Assembly (NCBI GenBank): GCA_963817645.1
Contig: CAWFQC010000034.1
Span: 2,871-66,870, forward strand
DNA length: 64,000 nt
Direction: 5' to 3'
Source: an uncultured Gammaproteobacteria bacterium
GTDB taxonomy: Bacteria > Pseudomonadota > Gammaproteobacteria > UBA6002
Shown here in pieces: positions 8,385 to 17,651 of the stretch. The stretch's first letter is position 1. The number at the start of each line of letters is the position of its first letter. The position numbers were made by a program, and so were the translations under genes. A model generated the notes under the pieces. That model made no database searches and was not told the origin of the DNA. It saw only the letters and a list, made by a program, of their open reading frames with translations.

Positions 8385-10779
8385 CAGAAGCACGCATTTT
8401 AATCATATTTATTTTATCATGATGGCCATCAGTGTTTTATTTATTTCTATTTTATTGAATATAAGTGGCAGATTAATTTCTCTCATTGATGCGATAACAA
8501 CAGGGGATACGGTCTATTTTTGGAAAGATTCTATTGCCTTTTACTTTTTAAGTTTGTATGGGCTATTGATCATCGCTTTGGTTTTTTTGCCAAAAATAAT
8601 GGGTAATAATAGAGCGGGGGACGTTAATTTTAAAATAGGGCTAATGGGGTGCATTATTTCCATGGTCGGCGCTTTTTATCTTGATATGCTCTATTTATTT
8701 GAAATAGCCAAGCATAAAAACGATTATCAAGCGTTTGCGGATACCGTACCTCTTTACTTGTATCAAGAAAGTTGGTTTTATCTCTTCTTATGTTTTTTAA
8801 TGATAGTCATTTTTCTACTTAAAAAAATGTTATACAAAGAAACCGATGTAATGCCATTAGCTCACCTTAAATTTTATTGTGTTTCGCTGACTCTTTTAAG
8901 TCCGTGGGTGATTGTCTATCCCGTTCAACTCATGAATATCAATTTACTTAAGAACCTGTATTCAAAACATTTTATCGAGGTGCCCTTAATTCTCTCATTT
9001 TCACTCAATTTAATGTATAGTCTCCTTTCTATTTTAGTATTGGTGGTCGCCATTCGTTTACGTGACAACTATAAATTATCAATTGACTGGCTCAAGAAAT
9101 TAGCAACGCTTACAGGCGTAGGATTGAGTATGGCCATTCTGCTACAACTCTTTTTTACTTTGGTAGCTTATAAAATTTTCTCAGATAGGGGTGGGTTATC
9201 ATTGTGGCAAATGTTATCAGCTACATGCAGTCAGCGTGATATCATCAAATTTTCACCTCTTCTCTGCACCTGTCTCTTTGTGGGCGTATTTAGGCAATTT
9301 CTTAAAAAGAAACAATTTGATGATACGACAGAAACCGATCAGACGTCCGGTAATTTTGGAACCGCGCGCTATGCCAATAGGAAGGATTTAGAAAGGCTAA
9401 ATGCCTATCATCCTGGAAATGGGCCCTTTATTGGGGCACTTGATAATCAATCACTCTATCTACCCCTTTATAACAAACTGACGATTTCTCCGCCAGGAGG
9501 CGGTAAGACGACCTCATCGAGCATTCCGATTTTATTAACACACGATGGCCCTGTGTTTGTTTTTGATATTAAAGGTGAGTTATGGGCTGTGACAGCACGG
9601 TTCAGATCAGAGGTATTAGGCAGACAAATAGTTGTGATTGATCCTTTTGGCGTCACAAAGGGCGATGATTTTAAACGTGGGAAAAAAGAGGCATTGCTGA
9701 AAGAGTATCGATTAAATCCCTTTGATTGGATTCCAGAAGATCAGAAACAACGTGATCGAATGATCAATGCATTTGCTGCTTCATTTGTGATTAATGAAGG
9801 CGGTTTTGCAACCCATTTTGATGAAAATGCTAAAATACTGATTCGTGGCTATATCGATTACATGATGAGTTTAGATGCGAAGGCGCGTGGCTTACCGATG
9901 CTTTATGAGTTGATGTCTGAAAGCATAGAAGAAGCGCAAAATACCTTTGATCAAATGGCGCTGCTAGAGGGCAGAGCAGGGGCAGCCGCTAATCAGATTA
10001 ATCGGGTAGGCGCTGATGAACGAGGCAGTATTCTTTCAACCAGCTATCGTCAAATTGATTGGATGGGTGATAGCAATATTCAGGATACATTATCAGAAAG
10101 CAATTTTGATTTAAGGGATTTTTTAAAAGGGAATATGGATATATTTATTGTCCTGCCAGAAGACCAAGTCAAGGAGTATAACAGACTTTTTAGAATGATC
10201 ATGTCATTGCTCATGAGCATGATAGTGCAATCTAATCCCAGTGATCTCCCTCAGAAAAAGATGCTTTTCCTGCTAGAAGAGCTTGCTCAATTAGGTGCTT
10301 CACCTGATGTGGAACAGTGTATTGAAGTAATGCGTATTCGTGGTGTGATTGTATGGACCGTATTTCAAGCACTGAAACAAATTGAGATGTTTGAAAAGCC
10401 TGATTTATTTTTGAGTGTGCCCCTCAAACAAATATTTACAAATGATGATACCCCTACTATGCAATGGATTCAAACGTTAGGGGGGAAGAAAACCGTTTTA
10501 ACCAAAACATTCTCTACCAATAAGGGTGATTCACGTCACAAAATGCAGGCATTCAGCGGCAGTGTCTCCAGTGGCGAAGGGGAGAGTATTCATGAAACAG
10601 GCGTTGATCTTATTCAACTCAATGAAATTCGTGAATTGCCCTTTGATGAGCAATTTGTTTTTTTACATGGTGCAAAGCCGCTTCGTTGTAAGAAGGTCAG
10701 GTATTTTGAGCATGCAGATTTTCTCGGGAAATACGATCCAAATCCATTGGAAAGAAAGGTTATTTTTAATGGGTGTTAG
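8377..10779 (+). CDS. virD4: VirD4/TraG-type coupling protein with an enlarged polytopic N-terminal domain
   Basis: 800 aa. GTARYANRKDL followed by Walker A PPGGGKTTSS and Walker B-like LFLLEELAQLG. The first ~320 aa contain about 7-8 hydrophobic helices. The start overlaps the SLT gene by 8 nt. Confidence 0.85.
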   Translation: MFNRSTHFNHIYFIMMAISVLFISILLNISGRLISLIDAITTGDTVYFWKDSIAFYFLSLYGLLIIALVFLPKIMGNNRAGDVNFKIGLMGCIISMVGAFYLDMLYLFEIAKHKNDYQAFADTVPLYLYQESWFYLFLCFLMIVIFLLKKMLYKETDVMPLAHLKFYCVSLTLLSPWVIVYPVQLMNINLLKNLYSKHFIEVPLILSFSLNLMYSLLSILVLVVAIRLRDNYKLSIDWLKKLATLTGVGLSMAILLQLFFTLVAYKIFSDRGGLSLWQMLSATCSQRDIIKFSPLLCTCLFVGVFRQFLKKKQFDDTTETDQTSGNFGTARYANRKDLERLNAYHPGNGPFIGALDNQSLYLPLYNKLTISPPGGGKTTSSSIPILLTHDGPVFVFDIKGELWAVTARFRSEVLGRQIVVIDPFGVTKGDDFKRGKKEALLKEYRLNPFDWIPEDQKQRDRMINAFAASFVINEGGFATHFDENAKILIRGYIDYMMSLDAKARGLPMLYELMSESIEEAQNTFDQMALLEGRAGAAANQINRVGADERGSILSTSYRQIDWMGDSNIQDTLSESNFDLRDFLKGNMDIFIVLPEDQVKEYNRLFRMIMSLLMSMIVQSNPSDLPQKKMLFLLEELAQLGASPDVEQCIEVMRIRGVIVWTVFQALKQIEMFEKPDLFLSVPLKQIFTNDDTPTMQWIQTLGGKKTVLTKTFSTNKGDSRHKMQAFSGSVSSGEGESIHETGVDLIQLNEIRELPFDEQFVFLHGAKPLRCKKVRYFEHADFLGKYDPNPLERKVIFNGC

Positions 10780-11092
10780 GCGGTATTGTGATTTTCTTAA
10801 CAATACATTTAAATTTTTGTTACTTAAAAAAAATAAAGAAGAATTATATTAATTTCACATCCCCCACCAGATTACTAAATTAACAATTCTACGGTTAAAA
10901 AAATATTTGGCCTATCTACTGAAAAAAAAGTCAAAAATAACGGAACCCCCCCACAAGTGATAGTAGCCGAGGACCCATCGGTGAATTCATCCCATTAATA
11001 ATGGATTAACTGCGGTATTGCCTGCTCATAACAGTGGGAATTTATTGATGGCAGCATTGTGAAATGAGCATCAACATAGCGATGTACTGCTA

Positions 11093-12098
11093 GTGAACGT
11101 CAGTTCGACCAATCTAAGCAGCTATTGCTAAATTTTTGATCAATTTTAAAGAGGGTTTCCTAGGTTGCATGCAATATGCAGCTAAGCCAGCGACAATATT
11201 GACCATACAGTTAATCGGGCTTCGATGACGTGAATGTTCAATTTGACTAATATTTTTTAGTTGATCAATAACAGTTTCAACAATTGCTCGTTTTCTTAGT
11301 AAGAGTTTATCAACCATTGGCATGAGTTTATTTTTCATATTTTTCCGAATACGGGTAATTAATTGCAATCCACGTTGAAAAAGTAGGTCAAATAATTCAG
11401 CAGAAATATAGCCTTTATCACCGATTAGTTTTCCAGTTAATCCTTGTGTTAAATCATCAACAACTTTTCTATCATCAGTTGTTGCTTGAGTCATTTTAAA
11501 TGCAATTATCTCACCTACATCATTAAATGCAATTTGAACCCATAATACCAGCCCATTGTAGACTTTGATTTTTTAGCAAGGCCTTTAAAAACTCGGTTTG
11601 AGCTAGCACGTTTGTGGTGACATACTGATAAAACTGTAGAGTCAATAAAATAAATACCGCTCGTTAATTTACTTTGAAAATAAATGAATAAACATATTAA
11701 TACTAGTACGGAAGGCATTAATTCTACAAATCGATTATAACTGACTAAAGTAGGAAATTCTTTATGAAGGTAAATCATAACATACTTGGTATAATAAGTT
11801 TTAAAATCACGAAAATGGCTTTGATGAAAATGAATGATTATTGTCATTATTTCTGCAAAACTTAATTTACTGCTCCTTTTTTTCTTTCGCCCTGGATTAG
11901 GCAGAGAAACTTTATCTAATTCAGGTAACATGATTTGAGTAAAATCATCGACAACACAATATAAATCAACTAAATTATCCATATGGCTCTTCCTTTGATT
12001 TGATCAGTGAAACGGTTTATTTACACTAAATCTAATCAAAAAAGAGCCTTTTTTCAATACCTTAAACTTAATATCTTTCGTCGAACTCACGTCAGTGA
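11093..12098 (-). mobile_element. IS982-family insertion sequence (~1.0 kb)
   Basis: Imperfect terminal inverted repeats containing ACGT[C/G]AGTTCGAC at 11096-11110 and 12080-12095. Encodes an IS982-type transposase. Confidence 0.65.
11114..11982 (-). pseudogene. IS982-family DDE transposase, split by a 1-nt frameshift near 11505
   Basis: N-terminal ORF MDNLVDLYCVVDDFTQ ends at ...GFKLHLMM*. The continuation NDVGEIIAFKMTQATTDDRKV...GDKGY is readable in another frame. Confidence 0.7.
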
Positions 12099-12312
12099 TG
12101 AAAATCAAGCACAATGCACTTTATTTGTCTATCAAAATGAAGTCATAACAATGAGTGGAAAGTAATTTTAATAGTTGCGATAACCAAGATGGTGCAGTCT
12201 GTTTGTTACTGATTTGGTTATTGATACCAAAACCATGTTGCCTTTAATGGAGGTGCAAGTTAAAGATTTGTGCAGTGGATAGTTAATGGGCGTAACCGGT
12301 CTTCCGCTCATG

Positions 12313-12975
12313 TTATGCAGCCAATGGCCAATTAATTTTCTTAATAACATTTCGATGGGGATATAGTTTCCCTATTTCCTTTTTAATTCGATACGCTGTA
12401 AATTCATCCCAATCATCATTTAAATATGTACTACGCATATCTAGCATTGCTTGCGCCCCATTAATTGTCCAACGCATTCCAGCGCGCTCCATTCTATCTT
12501 TAACAAAATGTCGGCAAGCTCCCTCAATGACACCAGAAGCAATCGGATAACCATTTTTAAGATATTCGTTATATTTCATACGGGATAGATTTTTTTCTAA
12601 GTAACGACAAGCTTTCTCTAATTTTTCCAGTTTATGTTTAGATAAATTTTGCTTAGTTGCCATTTGTCGAAAACCACTTATCACTAATTTTGCTTCGCCT
12701 TTTAATACTCGCAGGACTCGATCTTTCATAAATATAACCTGTGCACTCTTATCTTCTGGATAAAAAATATTAGCTGCATCCCATAGGCGAGGCGTGACAT
12801 GCAATATATCAAGAACTTCTATTATGGATCCTTTTCCAAATTGACGTTGCGATTCTTCCCATAGGGACGTCTGTCCATCCATCAGTGCGATGCAAATCTT
12901 AATATTTCCTGTATGGGTATGGCCTGTGATTGAAGTGACTTTTTGCAAAACCCCAGGATTCATTATTTTATGTAT
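12313..12975 (-). pseudogene. IS-A transposase, 3' fragment
   Basis: Translation IMNPGVLQKVTSITGHTHTGNIKICIALMDGQTSLWE...INWPLAA matches the C-terminal ~220 aa of the intact 610-aa ORF at 39904-41736. Confidence 0.8.
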
Positions 12976-13050
12976 ACCCTCTGTGCCAGCGACAGTGAGA
13001 CAAAAATAAGGTAAATTTAATGTCGTGAGGGTAGTGGGGAGATCAACAAA

Positions 13051-13509
13051 ATGGTACAAAAATCAAGCAACATCGAAGATCAAAATTTAAGCACATTGGA
13101 AAACAAAAACAACTCTAATAATAATCAGTCTGAGTCGATAAAACTATCGGTACCAGATCCTCAAGTAAAAGGGACCAAAACTCCTAAACAGAAATTGACG
13201 AAGGCTTATAAGCTTAAGATTCTTACTGCATATGATGCCTGTAAAGATGGTTCTGAGCGAGCCTCTTTGTTACGGCGTGAAGGTTTATACCACTCTCATG
13301 TTGGAGCCTGGAGGAAGAGGTTTGGATTGACGAATGATGAAAGTAAAGGAGAACTAAAGTCACGCCGCACTGAACATATGCTTAGAGAGATTGAGCAATT
13401 AAAAAAGAAACTAGCACAAGCTGAGGCCATCCTTGACCTCCAAAAAAAAGTCTTCGAATTGCTTGGGACGCACATCCTCCCACACGAGAGCAAAGGGGTG
13501 AACTCATGA
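13051..13509 (+). CDS. IS3-family transposase OrfA
   Basis: 152 aa with an HTH/leucine-zipper-like C-terminus (EIEQLKKKLAQAEAILDLQKK). Its stop overlaps the orfB ATG (ATGA). Confidence 0.75.
   Translation: MVQKSSNIEDQNLSTLENKNNSNNNQSESIKLSVPDPQVKGTKTPKQKLTKAYKLKILTAYDACKDGSERASLLRREGLYHSHVGAWRKRFGLTNDESKGELKSRRTEHMLREIEQLKKKLAQAEAILDLQKKVFELLGTHILPHESKGVNS
13443..13449 (+). promoter_or_regulatory. Putative -1 programmed ribosomal frameshift heptamer A AAA AAA (OrfA-OrfB fusion)
   Basis: The heptamer is in the X XXY YYZ register of orfA. The orfB frame is free of stops from 13440 to its ATG at 13506. This is the standard IS3-family arrangement. Confidence 0.5.
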
Positions 13510-14549
13510 ATCTAATAATACAAGTAGGACAAGAAAAATCGATTGCAATTGACTTGCTTTGCTCTAAATTGAACATTTCAAGAGCGACATATTATAGACA
13601 TTTGGATGATAATACTTGCAAAGAACCTCAGCCATTATCATCAAAAAAACCGGTAAATGCGCTGAATTGTGAGGAAAAAAAAGAAATTCTTGACTTATTA
13701 CACAGTGAACGTTTTATCGATAAAACACCCTATGATGCTTACTACGAGCTCATAGACAAAGGAGAATACTATTGCTCACCTCGAACAATGTATCGCATTT
13801 TGGCAGAAAAAGGTGAAACAAAGGACAGACGAAACCAGAGGAATCATCGTGATGCTATAAAACCTGAATTAATTGCAACTGGCCCAAATGAAGTCTGGTC
13901 TTGGGACATTACCAAACTACTTGGTCCTAAAAAATGGGTTTATTACTACTTATATGTCATTTTGGATATTTTTAGCCGCTATGTGGTTGGCTGGCTTATT
14001 GCTGATTCAGAGTCTAAAGAGCTGGCTAGAAAACTAATACAACAGTCTGCGCTGAAACAGGGTATTCAGCCTAAGCAACTCACATTGCATGCGGATAATG
14101 GACCAAGTATGACCTCGCATACCGTTTCACAATTATTAAAGCATCTTGGGGTTGCCAAAACGCACAATAGACCTTATACAAGCAATGATAACCCATTTTC
14201 CGAGTCACACTTTAAAACACTAAAATATAGGCCTGAATTTCCAGCTCGCTGCCAATCATTGGAACATGGGGAGGCATTCTGCCAACAATTTTTTACTTGG
14301 TATAATAAAGAACATTACCATTCTGGTATTGCTTGGCTAACCCCAGAATCAGTTCACTACCAACAAGCACAATCTATTTTGGAGCAACGATATTCAGTCC
14401 TTATGCAGGCTTTTTTAGACAACCCAAAACGGTTCAAAAATAAGCAACCAGAACTCAAACAATTACCTAAAGCAGTCTATATCAATCCTCCTCAAACAAT
14501 CGATATATTAAATAATTCTAGACAATTGGAGGCAATTATGGGAACATAA
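13506..14549 (+). CDS. IS3-family transposase OrfB (rve/DDE integrase core)
   Basis: 347 aa with WSWDITKL...YLYVILDIFSRYVVGW...LHADNGPSMTS...YNKEHYHSGI, the typical retroviral-integrase-type DDE core. Confidence 0.85.
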   Translation: MNLIIQVGQEKSIAIDLLCSKLNISRATYYRHLDDNTCKEPQPLSSKKPVNALNCEEKKEILDLLHSERFIDKTPYDAYYELIDKGEYYCSPRTMYRILAEKGETKDRRNQRNHRDAIKPELIATGPNEVWSWDITKLLGPKKWVYYYLYVILDIFSRYVVGWLIADSESKELARKLIQQSALKQGIQPKQLTLHADNGPSMTSHTVSQLLKHLGVAKTHNRPYTSNDNPFSESHFKTLKYRPEFPARCQSLEHGEAFCQQFFTWYNKEHYHSGIAWLTPESVHYQQAQSILEQRYSVLMQAFLDNPKRFKNKQPELKQLPKAVYINPPQTIDILNNSRQLEAIMGT

Positions 14550-14663
14550 ATTTTATGTCGTAACTCTTCAAATTTGTCTCATTTTCCCTGACACATTCCG
14601 ATACAACGATAATCTTCTCCATCTTCAAGAATAAGCTGACTTTTTAATTCTGTTTTAAACTCC

Positions 14664-16036
14664 GCCGATTCAAAAATGAAGTGCAATTAAAGTAAAAGAC
14701 AATTTCCTCATCAGTTAGAAATACGTATAAAATATTATGTGCTGATTGTCAAGAAAAGATATGTCGATAAATTTTATTACAAGAGTTTTTGTTCTGTGAT
14801 TCTTTGAATATTCTTGACAACAAAATTTTATTTTTGTTTACAATCAAAATAACTGAAATACAATTGCTACAATAATTCACAAAATACACAGATAACAACA
14901 AAAATTTTTATATTAAATGTGCAGAACACTACTCATCGGTTTCTTAAATTTTTGAAACACTTCTCTTGGTGTTAAATAGTTTAAAATTTTTCGTGGTCTG
15001 TCATTAAGTTGATTTTCTATTTTTTTAATTTCTCCAGCAGGAACTTTTAAAAAATTAGTTGATTTAGGAAGGTACTGTCTCACTAGCCCATTCGTATGTT
15101 CATTAAGGCCGCGCTCCCATGAGTGGTAAGGTGTTGCAAAATAACAAGACGCTCCCACCGCTTTTGTAATTTTTTTATGTGCCGAGAATTCTTTTCCATT
15201 ATCAAACGTAATTGTTTTTGCAACCGCTTTAGGTTCCTGTTTAAAACATTTCTTTGCAGCCTTCACAACATTTTTCGCGGTTTTTGCCTCTAATTTAGCT
15301 AAAAGAGTGAATTTTGATTTTCTATCAACAAGACTTAAAATAGCTCCCTGTTGTTTCGCACCAACGATCGTATCACCCTCCCAGTCACCTAATCGTGACT
15401 TCGCTTCAACTATCGCTGGACGCTCTGTGATATCCACGCGTTCCGGTATGCAGCCTCGTCCTGCTTTACTCGAAGACCTACGATTATATTTTTTCCCGGA
15501 ATGCCTTAGATTTTTATATAAAGTTCCGCCAGAACCCTTATCTTTCCAAATATGCAAATAAATAGTTTCATGACTAACCAATATATTTTGCAAAGCGAGC
15601 CGACCAGAAATTTGTTCAGGGCTCCATTTTTCTCGCAGCTTTTCCTCAACAATCTTGATAACTTCTGGCGTCATTCTTGTAGGCTGATTGCTGGCAGTGT
15701 ATCGCCGTTCTGTAGCCATTTTATTGGCCTGTTGATAATGATAGCCTCTTTCTCCCTTATTGCGCCTTACCTCCCTGGAAATCGTTGAAGCGGAAACCTT
15801 AAGAGAATTGGCAATTTCAATCTGAAGAAAACCATTTGACAGGAGGGCGTAAATCTGAGAACGTCGTTCTAGAGTCAGGTGCTGATAGCCACTTGGCATT
15901 GTATCTCTCCTTAAGAGTTTGAAGTCCTAATGAGAATACTGTCAGTGCCTGATTTTTTCCAATTATTTCAAAACATCATCAAATGCTTGAAAATTATTCA
16001 TCTAAGCAAATTGCACTTCACTATTGAAAGGGCGCT
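14664..16036 (-). mobile_element. IS30-family IS inserted into IS-A copy 1
   Basis: IS-A homology stops at 14663 and resumes at about 16037. Both termini contain the inverted motif GAAGTGCAATT (14679-14689 and 16009-16019). Encodes an IS30-type transposase. Confidence 0.7.
14913..15899 (-). CDS. IS30-family transposase
   Basis: 328 aa. N-terminal HTH MPSGYQHLTLERRSQIYALLSNG...STISREVRRN, and a DDE core with GDWEGDTI...TFDNGKEF...ERGLNEHTNGLVRQYLPK. Confidence 0.85.
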   Translation of the reverse strand: MPSGYQHLTLERRSQIYALLSNGFLQIEIANSLKVSASTISREVRRNKGERGYHYQQANKMATERRYTASNQPTRMTPEVIKIVEEKLREKWSPEQISGRLALQNILVSHETIYLHIWKDKGSGGTLYKNLRHSGKKYNRRSSSKAGRGCIPERVDITERPAIVEAKSRLGDWEGDTIVGAKQQGAILSLVDRKSKFTLLAKLEAKTAKNVVKAAKKCFKQEPKAVAKTITFDNGKEFSAHKKITKAVGASCYFATPYHSWERGLNEHTNGLVRQYLPKSTNFLKVPAGEIKKIENQLNDRPRKILNYLTPREVFQKFKKPMSSVLHI

Positions 16037-17147
16037 CCTTAAAGCTAGAAGAAGTGGTGATTTTAAGTTGTTTAATATTGATTTGATTGTCTTTGGCTCT
16101 GTTTATATAAAAGAATTCGTTCTCAGTAAAAATATAAGCATTTTTAAAATCGCCAAGCAATTTGTTTAGTTTGTTTTTATCATTCTGATCGAATAGGGCC
16201 ATAAAAAATAAGCTGCACCACTCGGGATTTCGTTGCTTAACTTGTGTCATCATCCAGTTAAACGTAGTTAATGTTGCATTAAGTGTTTCACCATTTACCT
16301 CGCGGGTTAGATGTGCAACTACTTTCTTGTTCTGCGGCTTTGGTCTTTTCGGTACTAATTCACGTGATATTTTTTCAGGCTCTATAAATAATGCTTCAAC
16401 TACTTGCTCTGGTGTGCGTACAAAGGGTGCCACAGAATATACCGAACCAACAACTGCCATACGCTTGCGATCTGGCTTTGGCCCTTTTTTACGCTTATGT
16501 TCTTCAATCCGCGCTTGATCTTTTTTATGTCGAATGGGTACGCCTTTCCCGTCTGCACTTGTGACTATGATCGATTCTTCTTTCTCTACGTCAATTTTTC
16601 TACTCGATCGAAATGTTGTTACATCTACAGATTGCATGCGGTTAATTCTCTCAAGGCTATCAACAGGAACTTTGATTGGAAAAATTTTTCCTAAAAACAT
16701 AGATGTTGTTTTATATGGAACCTCAACCGCCATCATCTGGCTCCATTCCTGTAGTAAAAATCCATATTCGCTCTCTGGCAATTCTAATCGCATATCATAT
16801 GGTATACATGCAATTTTTTGACCTTCTCGCGATCCATAGCGATAACGTTCCAACTTAAACTCTCCAAATATGGACTGATAATAACGTGTGCTTTGGGTAA
16901 GACGCTTTACCTCCTCACCATTTTTTAGCCTCAATTTTTTACCAACATCTCCATTGCCTTGCATCCTAAAAAAATAATTTAGTGCCTGTTTACCCATTTC
17001 AAGCACTGTTGAAAAAATATTCTTTTCTACCTCATATACTGATGCACCCTTTACAGCAGCACAGTGCAAATAATCTTTTAAATTCTTTTGTAGCTCGTCC
17101 AGTTCAAACATATTGTTTTGAGCTAATTTTTGCGTCATCATATCCAT
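16037..17147 (-). pseudogene. IS-A transposase, 5' fragment
   Basis: MDMMTQKLAQNNMFELDELQKNLKDY...KQLKITTSSSF matches aa 1-~365 of the intact copy, then diverges at the IS30 junction. Confidence 0.8.
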
Positions 17148-17651
17148 TGCAAACCCTCTCCTATGGCGTCATTAACTTTGTGGTGAAATGAACACTATTT
17201 TTAGAGGGTTTTGCACTTCTTGTAAAGTGAAATTTGTAGAAAAATCAATCACTAGCAGAGAGAGGGTAACCGGTTACGCCCATAGTTAATAAGTTTAGTT
17301 TGGCGAAAGCTTTACTTCAAATTTAGCCATTTGGTCAATAGTTGATTCGTGCGTAGCTGACATCATTTTTGCTCACAAGATTCTATGAGTTATGTTATGA
17401 TAGAATTCCTATCATATTTAGAGGGAAACTATAAATTCCCATAGCGTTGTTTGATTTAGGGTAATTTATATTTTCTCAAATAGAAGACAAATTAAATAAA
17501 GAAAGCTGAGTGGTGTTATACCGTTAGTTAAAAAATTAATTCAAATTGGCATTTCGGTAGATACAAATAATAATAAAGACAAAACTGCCTTATGATTCGT
17601 TTCAATGGTACTTAATGATAGTGGCAAATAATAATAAATTAAGGAAGCTTT

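Larger units (their letters stand above)
12971..14605 (+). mobile_element. IS3-family IS inserted into IS-A copy 1 (ends +/-10 nt)
   Basis: Imperfect IRs: TGTGCCAGCGACAGTGAGACAAA at 12982, and the reverse complement of TGTGTCAGGGAAAATGAGACAAA ending at 14595. orfA/orfB organisation. IS-A homology resumes on both sides. Confidence 0.75.
12288..17281 (-). mobile_element. IS-A copy 1 (1992-bp IS, tentatively ISKra4-like), interrupted by two other IS
   Basis: Termini GGGCGTAACCGGT at 12288 and ACCGGTTACGCCC ending at 17281. Flanked by the 9-bp direct repeat ATAGTTAAT. Collinear with the intact copy at 39770-41761 once the inserts are removed (4994 bp is about 1992 + 1373 + 1630). Confidence 0.8.

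Noticed and set aside
10783..10820. Hairpin gtattgt-N10-acaatac followed by a T-rich stretch after virD4, considered as an operon terminator
   Set aside because: It has only a 7-bp AT-rich stem with a 10-nt loop, which is not strong enough to annotate.
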